Under the pieces are notes generated by a model. The model saw only the letters and a list, made by a program, of their open reading frames with translations, made no database searches and was not told the origin of the DNA. From the NCBI GenBank assembly GCA_965637545.1, contig OZ281495.1, positions 21,452,001-21,516,000 of the forward strand: a stretch of DNA of 64,000 nucleotides, read 5' to 3'. The position numbers and the translations under genes were made by a program. This DNA comes from Phallusia mammillata. Its lineage: Eukaryota. Below, one piece after another: positions 50,883 to 62,393 of the stretch. Position 1 is the first letter of the stretch. Each line of letters opens with the position of its first letter.

Positions 50883-53317
50883 ATGTGGGCTTTGCGAAGA
50901 GCTCTGGGTTTGTTGATGGATGAACAAATACCTGAAAAGCGAAGTGGACACGTTGCTGTAGTGTGGGACAATGTGATGTTTGTGTGGGGAGGATATTATG
51001 CTGTGAGTACACACATTAATTATGCATTAAGGTGTATTTATTTGTTTCTAAATTTTAGGAAACGGGATCTGAATCAATTGATTACAGGCATGATTCACAT
51101 ATAATATGGATGTATGATCTGGACTGTCGCAAATGGTTGTTTTGGTGACTAACGAATATAAACTTATGCAAAAGTCATTTTATATTTTTTATTTAAGGTC
51201 AAAAGAGCATATTCGTGGTTATGTTCCCCCACGATTGCTGGCAACTTGCTACACTTGTGTAAATAATTGTCTGATAATATTTGGAGGAATAAGTCAAGAG
51301 GATGGAGACAGCAACAACGTAAAATATTGCTCGACATTGGTGTCTGTGAAAGAATCTGTAATTGAAATCTATATACAATTTAGGTGTATTGTTTTGACCT
51401 AAAGGACAGATTTTGGAGAAAAGTTCGGATCACTGGTAAACCACCAAGTGGTAGAAATAAACTGTCCTGTTGTACATTTAATAATAGGTATAGTAATATT
51501 GTAATTTTAATCTAGAGATTGAAGTGTTGGAACACTTAACATACAGTTTTTTTTAGAATCATATACTTTGCTGGTTATGGTCCCAGGCCAGAAAACATTC
51601 ACATAAACAATGGGGACTTTCACAGAGACCTTACCGCGGTAATTATTGGTTTAGGAAAACAAGCAACAAGTGGGCAATTGGCATCCAAATGTATTTGTTA
51701 GCTTAACAATTTTTCCAATTCACATTTCTCCATAGCATTAGTGGCAGTAAATTGCATCAAGTAACCTATTTACAATGATTGAAAGCTGACAGATAACAGG
51801 TATAGCTAACATATATGTTTCAGGTATATCCAGACAGAGGATGGAATAATCACCTATTTGCTTTTGATCTGGATGACAATTGTTGGGTTACTTTGCCAAA
51901 CTTGGTAAGTACAGACCCAACAGGATTGAGTTCTACTGTCACTCCCAAGACTTTATGTTATGAATGGATTATATAATAGTATAAGAATGCACTTGATACA
52001 TCAACTGTGTTGGAGCCTTAAAAATTCCAAGGACTCTGCAACCTTGGTTTCTGTGTGGCCCAGAAACAAATCTTTTGTGGACAGACTGTGGGCCACAGTT
52101 GGTAATTGCTAACCCTTGCCATGCTTTTTTGCACAGGGTCCAAAGCCTTCTTCAAGAGCCGCACATGCATGTGTTGCAATTGGAAGCAAGGCTTATGTTT
52201 TTGGAGGAAGACATCTGGTAACTCCAAGTGAACAACTATAATTGCTAAGCTTTTTCATTTTACTTTACTTTTATTGTTCTAGGATAGAAGATTAAATGAT
52301 ATGCATATGTTGTGTCTGCACACATTTACATGGACTACAATTGTGTAAGATGTTATGCAATTGCAATTCATGCTGTTTGTGGGGTTTTTGTGAAAATGAT
52401 TTTTGCATCTGCAGAAACCAAGGTGTTGTCCCAGTTGGAAGATCATGGCATTCAATGACTTATGCCAATCACAATACTGTTTTTGTGTTTGGGGGTTTGA
52501 ATTCTGACCAAAATATTTTCTGTAAGTTAGGAAATAAAAATTTGCACATAACAAAAATATTTCTATCACATTAGCACAGAAAAGTGAAAGTTGTGTATAA
52601 AATAACTTTTCATGTGGTTGTATAAAACTCCTGAAACCTACACAAACTAATTGTCATACATTTGTTGACATATTTGATATAAAGCTGATGGCTGGTTGTA
52701 TGATGTTGACAAAAATGTATGGACAGAAATTGACATGTCAGTGAAGCATCCGCGTCTTTGGCACTCTGCATGTATTGGTGCTTACTTGGGAGAAGTGGTT
52801 ATTTTTGCTGGTTGTGAAAATAACATATTTTTAGAAAATCCAGTAAGTTTTAGTTTCTTTTATCTTTAGTGTATAAAAGTACACAAAAATTGCTGAAAGT
52901 GGCTTGCCTTTTTGCAGGTCCATTGAAACTGCTCATTTAATTTTTTTATTCATAAACTTGAGATACCAAGACAATTAGAAACAATGACATTTTGCTGTAA
53001 TAATCAAGAATATTTTGGCAATACTGTGATTGTTTTTTTCATTTTTTTGTCTTAAACATTTACACTTTCCTCTGTTGTTTTAGAAACACAGTAACAAGTT
53101 GGTTACATTTAATTTGCAACCAAAGCCTTTACTGCGGTGAGTGCCCAAAGAAAAATGCTTTGCATATGTTGTGCCCATTATTTAAATGTTGTTGTTTCCT
53201 ATCAGAATATGCCTTGAAAGTTTGTCGGAGCATCAAAAACAATGGTCAGGAAAAAAAGAAGCTTTACCAACGTCATTATACAATAAACTCTCATCAATGG
53301 CTGGGAATGGTGGTTGA
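50883..53317 (+). CDS. KLHDC2: Kelch domain-containing protein of the KLHDC1/KLHDC2 family, multi-exon
   Basis: PEKRSGHVAV..MFVWGGY, IYFAGYG, RGWNNHLFAFDL, PSSRAAH, PVGRSWHS, FVFGG, PRLWHSAC, QPKPLLRICL; stop TGA 53315-53317. KLHDC1 vs KLHDC2 cannot be resolved by eye. Confidence 0.85.
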
Positions 53318-53566
53318 AACCTAACATACAAGTGCAATCTTATTGTCACTTGAAAAACTTAGTGTTATCACCTTACCTATGTATCACAAAAAGGTACCCT
53401 TGTTCATACCCTTCAGGAATACATGTTGTATTTTGGTATTATTCTACAAAGACAACAAAACACACATATTATTTTATGTTCATGAAGTTGTTTTATTAAA
53501 TTTAATTCTTGCCAACGTGTTTTGAACTGTAACATTGAAAAAATAAATTTACATTTGTTTAATTGG

Positions 53567-54113
53567 TTATTTGTGTGGTGCATGCAGGATATGGTGTTCT
53601 TTCCTTTCTGCAACTGCTTTTGGGCTTGGTGGTCCTGTCGACCAAGAGCAGAGTTACACATATTTTGTAAAGTATGATAATTAAACACTTAATGCCAATG
53701 TATCTTACCATACAACCAATTTCCTGTATCTGACCTCAAGCTCACAGAGAATTCTGAATTAGCTGAAATGCAACAAAAATACAATGAAAGCATACTTAAC
53801 TTAACACAAAATATGACCCATTTTTTTTGTTTTTTTAAGTAGTATGGCTAGAACTTCGAAGGTTGCCGTTTTATTAATACATAAAATGGTTCAAACTCAT
53901 ACCTCCTTCTTTGGAAATTTTCCAGAGGAGATATGTTCCCAATAAAAAGCTTGGGGCCAAAGCCCAGTTGGCTTTTATTGTTCCCTGATGTGATTTCCAA
54001 GTACCTTTCAACACAGCCGACATATACTGCAGGGTTGAAACATTCTTTGGCGGGTACATCCAGTGACTCCAAATAGTAGGAAAGCCATGCGAGTATTTGG
54101 TGTATTTACCCAT
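53567..54113 (-). CDS. Three-exon 110-aa single-TM protein, possibly a mitochondrial respiratory-chain accessory subunit; unassigned
   Basis: Exons 54113-53903, 53762-53709, 53634-53567 with strong phase-1 junctions (gtatga, tttcag, gtaaga, cgacag); AATAAA downstream on - at 53492-53497. Confidence 0.8.
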
Positions 54114-55887
54114 TGTTATAAAATAACAAAAACTCGTTTGCGAATTCCTTCTATAACATAAATTAAAAGTGTTTAATATCTCATCCTAACTCACCGCATA
54201 AACTCTAATTCAAGACTAAAATACTGCTTCTTGTCCCACTGCAACAAGTTAGCAACTGACCTTCAGTCCTTCGCCAACCACGATCATGCAAAAAAAAAAT
54301 TCTCATTTTTTTTAAAAACCCGGTTCTGGGCGTACGGACATATTTAAAATTTTATTTTTATCTTGAAAACTTTTTTTGATCGCCATGAAAGCTAAGAAAA
54401 TTGTTTTATTTTATCATTATATTTTATAACTTTTTGCTAGCCATTTTAAACATACAAGGTGTATCACCAGTCAACACCACGGTCACATTTTGTTTTAGCT
54501 GCTATACTTCATTTTTTTAATTTGCCCAACCGAAATTCTTTTAATTACAATAGCAATTACTACCTTCCACAAGTACGGTAACTTTTAAGACATCTATAAT
54601 TAAAATTTTCGAGACTTGTTTGATTGTGACGTGGATTGGTTCCGCATGATGTACTGCATGTCAGCTGGGCAAATTCGGAACTTCTTTCAGAAAGCCATCA
54701 CAATTGACAATTGTTGTGTTTTAAATTATAGTGAAAAACATATATTTAGTGAACTAGGATTTTAAGGTTGAAGTTATGTGTATTACTGCGACACAATCAA
54801 AAATGTATTTTAACTGTGAAAGTAAAAAGTACACATTCATGTGTGGTGTAAAAACCGTTGTGATAAATAACTTGATGATTGTGTGTGTCAACTGTCAACG
54901 CTATGATAAAGCATCGGTTATTAATGTGTTTTACGTAAAATCGTCGTTTCGGAAAGCAGTACAATCTGTTTGGAATAAAGTAATTAATATAACCTTAAAC
55001 ATTCGGCCATAAACACACGTAGTAGCTGTAGCATGTATGTTTGTGCTTCTGTAAACAGTAACAGCATACATACATTAACGCTGCAACTTTGTGTAGAGGA
55101 TTTGTTTTCATCAACATAATTGTGATAAATTACTGCTTTTCTGCGTGGATTGATTGTCCTTAGAATTAAAAGTGGATTTAATGATTGACACAATTTATAT
55201 GTAATACCTACAAGACTGTGACAAAATGAACAATGAAACTAAACAACAAATTTTTACAAGTTTTGCTCCATTGTGCATGCACCACAGCAGTTTTACCAAA
55301 TTTTACAACCTTTAACCTTCATAACAATCCAAAGTTTTTGTAATAATAAATTTCTTTCAGTTTGGGCTGTATGTTTCAAGTAGCTGTAAGTTGTGGGTAG
55401 TTATTTGTCAAGCAACAAAAATTTTAAATTTTCACACAGTCACTTCGTGTCATAAACCATCTACCAAAATATCAATAAAAGGTACTTTTAATGAAGACAC
55501 TCACAAATTGGAAATGTTATTTCAAGTGTGACTAAAGGTTGTGATTTCAAACAAAAGTCAAAACATTTGGCAAGGGATTTATGGATAATTTTTGAAAATG
55601 CAGAATTGAGGCAATGACTCGTTTGATACCTTTTGAACTCTTGCTATTTATTATCACAGAAGATGGAACAGTGCATAATATCTGTTAAATAAGAGACCAA
55701 CAATGTTATGTCTCTGCTGTTGTTGTTATTGACACTTGCTTTGAAATGAATACATACTACTTATTGATACTGCTACTTCGCTGCAAAGCATTATGTATTG
55801 GCGAAAAGCTTGGTATTTATGTGTTACTTACACATCTCCTTGTATATTTCAGAAGTTTAGCTGTTATAACAAAGCAAATGTATTTCA

Positions 55888-58800
55888 ATGGCTGCACGAC
55901 ATCGTTTTTCCACCAATAGTCCACAGACAGGTAACAACACCAATCCTCTCATTAAAATTTATAAAAAAGTTTAATATTTGTAATATGTTTGCATTCTTAT
56001 TCATGAACAGGCAACTGGAGCATAACCCAAACTCTTTCACCATCTACTTACACAAAAGATACTGATTCTGACGACCATCATAGTGATTGTGGTGAAGATT
56101 TGGTGATTACCATGAGTATTGCCAGTAGAGATCGCACCACTGAATTTCAGTCTGTCCTAAAATCATTAAAATCAAGACAGGTGATTGCAATAACTTGTTT
56201 GGTTGAATATTATATTGTTGTTTTGATCAATCTTTTGTCTGTCCAAAATGGGTTTGTCCTCCTGTTTAATGAGGAAATGGTGCATCAAACGTTTTTTATC
56301 AATCTTACACACTTAATATACTTATCCCAGTGTGATCCATGTAAATTAATATAGATAGACACTTTAGCCACATGCCACTGTACTTACTAAAAATCATGGC
56401 CCAGAAGATCTTTGCTTCATACTTTACTGGAAGTGAAGTTGCCACTGTTTTAACACTGGCTTTGAACATAAATATATGACTCGACTCAAGCTATAGCAAT
56501 GGTTCAGAACTGGTGGTCCATTACCTGAAGTGAGTTAAGAACCACTGAGCTGGAGGGCAATTTCAGAATTTGGTGTTTTCATTTTTAGCACAAAACATGT
56601 TAATGCAAGATGTTTTATGTTTTGGTTAAATTTGACAAATGCTCTGTAAGATGTTTACAAATTTTGAATTTAAAAAATGGTGCTCTCATTTAATTTATTA
56701 CCAATTTCCAAGTATGTAGGTGTGAGGACCAACTGGATTCTGTTAAAGAAACAATTATAAAATGTTGTTAAATTTCAGGCAACGAAGGGACCTAATTGAA
56801 ATAAGAAACACATGTATATCTGTTATAGGTATTGCAAGTGGTGTGTTGAAAGAATAAAGATATGACATGTACAGAAATTGACTTATTAGAAAACTTATTA
56901 AGAGCCACCTTTCTAGCATTCTTGTTATCTATACAGATATTATGTGGTTTATTTTGTTTATTTTGTATTTAGTCAAATGGAACTGCCTTGCACCAGTCTC
57001 CAAAAGTTACATTGAAAAGACACAGCGAATTTTCAAAATTTGCTAAGTGAGTAACACTTTTTGGTATTGCCTTGTGTAAAACAGTCATCAAACTCTATTC
57101 TGTTCATTGTCATGCAGGAACATTGGACAGGACTTGGCAAGAACATATGAGAAACTGGAAAAACTTACTCTCTGTAATAAAACAGTTATTGAAAATTTGC
57201 GTTGTTTTTGTGTGTAACATACATGCTGTTAAAAAAATATGGTTTATAGTTACATTGAATTCAATCAGTTTGTCTTTGTTATAGTGTGTAAAAAACGAAG
57301 TCTTTTTGATGATCGTCCGGTAGAAATACAGGAATTGACCTACATTATTAAAAAAGACATTACATCACTTAAAAGAAAAATACAGCAGCTGGAAGAAAGC
57401 AAAACTGCTTCACTCCCAGTTGCAAGAAAGGATGCCCAACGTCATACAACATCTATTGTTCGAACACTGCGAGTAAGAAAAAGTTTTATCTTGAGTCTAA
57501 AACATTTTTATGTGTACAAATATTAGATTTGATTGTGCTCGGTATTTGCCTAATTTAATGTGTTTTTAACAGTCCAAACTTGCCCACATGTCAGAAAATT
57601 TTAAATCTGTCCTTGAAGTGAGACGGGAAAACATGAAGCAGCAAAAATTGCGGAAGGATCAGTTTAGTAGCACCAACCTTTCCGCATCTATGCCCCCATC
57701 TGCCACACAAGGAAATAGTAAGTGTTCTTCAAAACAGTTTGTTTAGTCTAAAGTGCAAGTTTCCAGAACTTGGCTTTATGGTAATTATTAAATTCCCTTT
57801 TCTTAGTAATGCAATGTCACATAATATTGAATTTAAAGTTTGAAAATCTAATTCAAGTTCAGCTTATGTTGATACACATTCCCATTTTTTGTTAGCTTTT
57901 TTTTCTTCTTTTTTATGTGACGACCAGTTGTTTTCTTACAAAGAAAAAACGATTTTGTTGCGCAGTAACAAAGTTTGGATTTCACCAAAACACATGTGTA
58001 TTTTTCTTAATTATGTTTTAAGGTGGCTCAGTTCTTCTAATGGATGAACAAAGATCAGAATCTGGAAGATCTGGTTCAGTTGCCATATCAATGGATGGAA
58101 GTTCTGCTGGACAGACCATGCAGTTGGTTGAGCAACAAGATGCCTACATATCAGACCGTGCCAACACAATGGAAACTATTGAAACAACTATTGTTGAGCT
58201 AGGAAATATTTTTCAGCAACTTGCCACCATGGTAAAAGAACAAGAAGAGCAGGTGTTGAGGTATGGTTTTCAGTTTATTTTAGCTTGATGAAAAATTGTG
58301 AAGGTAAAAAACAATGTTTAAAAAAGTTATTCTGATTAAGTGATGGTAATGCCTTCTGTAAAGATTTGTTTACATGTTTGTGTTTAGAAATATTTTTTTT
58401 AGTTGCTATGTATGCTAATGCAGTAGTACATCAAAGTTCCGTGCTGTTGTGTTATACAATATGCTTTACATCACACAAACAAACATAAACAATCCATAGA
58501 TAACCCAGTTTATATGAATAGCAACATGTGGAGCTTTTGCACCTGGTGTTGTTTTTTTGTTTGAGTAATAAAGTTAGTCAGCTTTAGTCTTATTTTTTGC
58601 ATTTTGTAGCAATTAGTTTTTCTGAAATTGCCTGCTTACAAGCAGAGTTGCCCCCTAACTCTAAAAATTGTCACAACACTCCCTGACTGGACAATATCGC
58701 ATCATAGGGGGTGATAATGCTTCCTGTTAAAGAACCCTTAGATCTTTATTCCTTGAGTACAAATGTGATAAAAAATCAATATGTTTGTAAATTAATATTG

Positions 58801-58967
58801 TTTTCAGAATTGACTCTAACATGGAGGAAAGTGAGTTAAATATAGAAGCAGCTCATACCGAAATACTCAAGTATTTTCAAGGCATCACTTCCAACCGCTG
58901 GCTGATGATTAAAGTTTTTCTTGTTCTTATTGTGTTTTTTATAGTTTTTGTTGTTTTCTTTGCCTAA
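55888..58967 (+). CDS. STX5: Syntaxin-5 (long form from ATG 55888, short form from ATG 56112), multi-exon
   Basis: MSIASRDRTTEFQS, LEKLTLLCKKRSLFDDRPVEIQELTYIIKKDI, LQSKLAHMSENFKSVLEVRREN, IETTIVELGNIFQQLATMVKEQEE, AAHTEILKYFQGITSNRWLMIKVF plus TM; stop TAA 58965-58967. Confidence 0.96.
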
Positions 58968-59793
58968 AGTTACAACAACTTTATGTATTTCTTTTTCTAT
59001 TTCACGCATTTAGGCTAAGCCACCATCCAAATGCATAAGACTACTTAAACACTGAATGCACTTGAAAATATGTTAAGTAAATGCACATGGCAGAAGATTT
59101 AAATTAAAAAAAAAAGATTTAAAAATAAGTCTTGGTGCTAATGCTTAGTGGGCTTTAAATTAATGATTGGTTGAGTCCCAAGTATGTGCCATGATATTAA
59201 GTTTTTTTCCCATTCCCTACTGCATAGCTAATTAGCTTATTTATTGTTTCAAAAGATTGTCCTAATATGACAATTTTATGTTGAAAAACTACTGTTGAGG
59301 GCTATCATGGCAGATTTTCAAGTGACTGTTTGCATATTGCAAGAGTATATAAAATGCCTATTGTTGTGTCCACGCTTTGTTTCACTCTTCTGATTTTCTT
59401 TATGTTGGGTAGAATTTAAAACAAACTAGTTATTTTTGTTCATGATTTTAAACATTGGCTGTGCAATATTATACATAGAAACGGTATGTGCCGACATGTT
59501 GGGAATGGCTTTAAACATCGGTGGTCACAAATGCAAAATGCATTGTCTCATTTTTTTGTACAAGACTTAGTTGTTGAACATAACAATTCTTAAGGGTTAT
59601 GGGTGTTTGCAGCAAACATCATGAAAAAATGTGTGAGGAGCAACTGCCTGTTATTTTTTTTTTACATTTTTGCGCACATCGTGCAAATGTGAGGGAGAAA
59701 ACAGTTTGGTTCAAACATTTTAGATGCGGTGTTGTGTTGATACAACGCATGCAAATGTATGGTGAAATGGTTAGAAACTTCTAGGGGTCAAAT

Positions 59794-60087
59794 GGTGACA
59801 TCTGACAAATGAAGTGGAGTAGCCTACTCATAATGTGATGATAACGAAATGCGACGTCGTGAAAACCGCTGAATATCGGGTTAAATTGCTGACGGTTGAT
59901 GCTATTAAGGTTGAGGTGAGGTTTTATGAAAATCGTTAAAAAAATTTAAAAAAATTTGCCGAATGTCAGGAAATAGCTGAATAAGTTTTAGGCAGGGACA
60001 TTTTTTGATTCATATACTATTATAAAACTTCAACCCAACCCCAATAGCACCGCAATCTCCCGCAATATTCAGCGTTTTAGTGTCACC
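59794..60087. repeat. Degenerate fold-back element with long imperfect inverted arms
   Basis: aaaaccgctgaatat...gctatt..ggttg..gttttat (from 59862) is mirrored by ataaaac..caacc..aatagc...atattcagcgtttt (ending 60078); outer ggtgaca/tgtcacc. Confidence 0.55.
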
Positions 60088-60457
60088 CTTTCAAATCTGT
60101 TTTGGAAATGTTTGCTTGCGCTGTCGAAACGTTGCAACTCACATACTCCCGCTCCTGATTTTGGCTTGGTGATTCCCAATTCATAAGCGGTTGCAATAGT
60201 TGCATCATTATTTTTAATTGTTACTATTTATAGCCACAGCATCGCAGTGCAGACATAATAAAATTTATCATTTAGTTAATCTAAGACCATGGTCTGCATT
60301 CATAAAATTAGGTTTTAAATTACGCTGAAACTTTGTACGCTGTTACTGACTGCAATTTGAAGTTGACCAATGAAGACCGTTTGAAAATATTTTAAGCCGT
60401 TTCGGTTTTAGAGCGAAGAGTCGTTCCTGGTGCGAACAGACTACTTTATGGTATAGC

Positions 60458-60818
60458 CAGTGGTTCTCAACCAGGGCCCATGGCCCCCCAGGGGGGACCA
60501 CGAGCTGTGTTTCGGGGGCCACGGATGTAGATTCACCAGAAACACCCACTAAAATCCATTTCCTTTTTAACTTTAATCCCTAATTTAATGACTATTTTCC
60601 ATACTATTTGTCTATATATTAAGGTTTTTTTTACGATTACGGATTCTTGTTCATTCTATTCGACCTGTGTAAAGTAGAAATTAGTACCGAATTCTAACAT
60701 GAGATTGCCATTTACATTTTTAAGGGGCCACAGGTCCTACAGGGTTACTTGAAGGGGGCCACGAGGTCCAAAAGTTACTTTTAGGGGGCCACGGTCCACG
60801 AAAGGTTGAGAACCACTG
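60458..60818. mobile_element. hAT (Buster/Charlie-type) MITE
   Basis: TIR cagtggttctcaacc / ggttgagaaccactg; flanks gtatagc / gtataagc (1-nt indel); ggggccac repeats. Confidence 0.88.
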
Positions 60819-61133
60819 GTATAAGCGGTTGTGCCTGATAATGATGAGCACGCTTCTCATTTTTTAGGCCCTTTCGGTTTTAGAGCGAAGAGTCGTCACG
60901 CTTGGATGCCCTGGGTAAGATCGCCAATTTCCACCGTTTTAAGGCAAACAGCTGTAAGTAGTCAGCTTGCAAGGGTCTGTCGTGTCCATGATTTGCAATA
61001 AACCAACTTGTCAGGGTTATTTATGCCTGCTATGTGTATTATAAAACCACGAGTTGACAAAACGATCACGAAGGCAAAGTTGAATACAGCATACTATAGG
61101 CAGGCGACGGTGCTTGTGATTCGACTTTCGGCG

Positions 61134-61210
61134 GTTTCTGTGTAGCTCAGTTGGTAGAGCGCAAGTCCCGGAAAGACTCCTGTGGTGGGTTCGAATCCGA
61201 TCGCAGGCTA
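61134..61210 (+). ncRNA. tRNA-like Pol III element (pseudo-tRNA or SINE head), not a canonical tRNA
   Basis: A box TAGCTCAGTTGGTAGAGC, B box GGTTCGAATCC, arm AGTC-CCGGAAA-GACT; mismatches in the T and acceptor stems; T7 run at 61307-61313 could terminate a ~180-nt transcript. Confidence 0.6.
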
Positions 61211-62393
61211 GTGCCTTGTCACATGGGAACTGCTGCGCTTAGACATCTTCTCTGCTCTTGATCCGGAATATCTGCCGATCGGCTTACTTTGGTTAACCTG
61301 ACTATATTTTTTTCCCACCTAGGTTGTTGGTATTCTTTACAAAAAATATAAATATTTCACCCGACTTGTACCATCGCTTGCAGGAGACTCATTTGATGGC
61401 TAAAATTACCATTAATTAATCTATAGCGTCCCCTTTGACAGGCTTTAATAAGTTATGTTGTTTCGCGTACGCACTTTTTATTTTTATTAACCTGTCACAC
61501 TACAGTTAAGCTACAATTTCTTCGAATATAACGTTTTGCTCAAGATGTTTCCCTTCTACGTACGCCTGTCAAGAAAAAAATGCAATGGCCATGACAATTT
61601 CTTGGACGAAAAATACTGTAGTGGGTTTCCACATCTTTCCACAGTGGCTAACGGAGGTAAAGGTCGGCAATTCTACTGGTAGGCATCTAAATGCAAGCCT
61701 ATATCTCATTGCCCCATTATGACAAAACTAAATATTCATGCAATCACATGATAAATTGTTTAAGTCGCTTGAATGTATAAGTTTGTGTTCATGTTGTATC
61801 GTTAGCACTCGAAACTCCACAATTCTTTACGTAGCATTTTCGTTTTTAACTTAAACGTTTAATTTATTTTATTTTAAGACGACACTTTAATTGTACGAAA
61901 ACCGCTTAGGTTCATGAGTAATTAAAGTTTTTGATCAGTTCAAAACAAAAATCTGCGTGATGTTTCGAGTATTACACGTGGCCAATCAGTGACCAGCTGT
62001 GTGTTTTTGGATCAATGCTATACAATACTTTCCCATTGGTATCGTCCTTTTTTCTCCTTACACACGAGTCCCACATGCCATTTAATGCCAATGCAATTTC
62101 AATGCCTGGTAGTATGCACGGGTTTAGATGTTGCCTTGTTTCACCAGATACTGTCAAAACTAGACAGTAGCAGTTTTGAAAGAAAAAGCACCAATTTAAT
62201 TTCTCTGATTGGGCGAATCGGCTTTTAAAGAAAGTGAACGGTCTGGTCTGGCTAAAAGAGAATCGTCGTTGAAATATCAGCTGAGTGCCTGAGGCGTGAT
62301 CAAAAAAGCATGTACGCGTTTTCAGGCCCAGAGGCTTTTCTGCTTTGTTGCCAAACGCCAGAAGTATCAGACACAATCAGAAATAAGACAAAA

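Noticed and set aside
53820-54113. Intronless UQCRQ-like retrogene with a genomic poly(A) remnant (79-aa ORF in the track)
   Set aside because: A strong donor at 53902 and two further in-phase exons explain the locus better; the A-rich tract lies inside intron 1.
54600-55760. Exon-like segments and ORFs (54776-55012 +, 54984-55193 -) between the small TM gene and STX5
   Set aside because: I could not build a phase-consistent model or recognise a family; they may be STX5 5' UTR exons. Unresolved rather than disproved.
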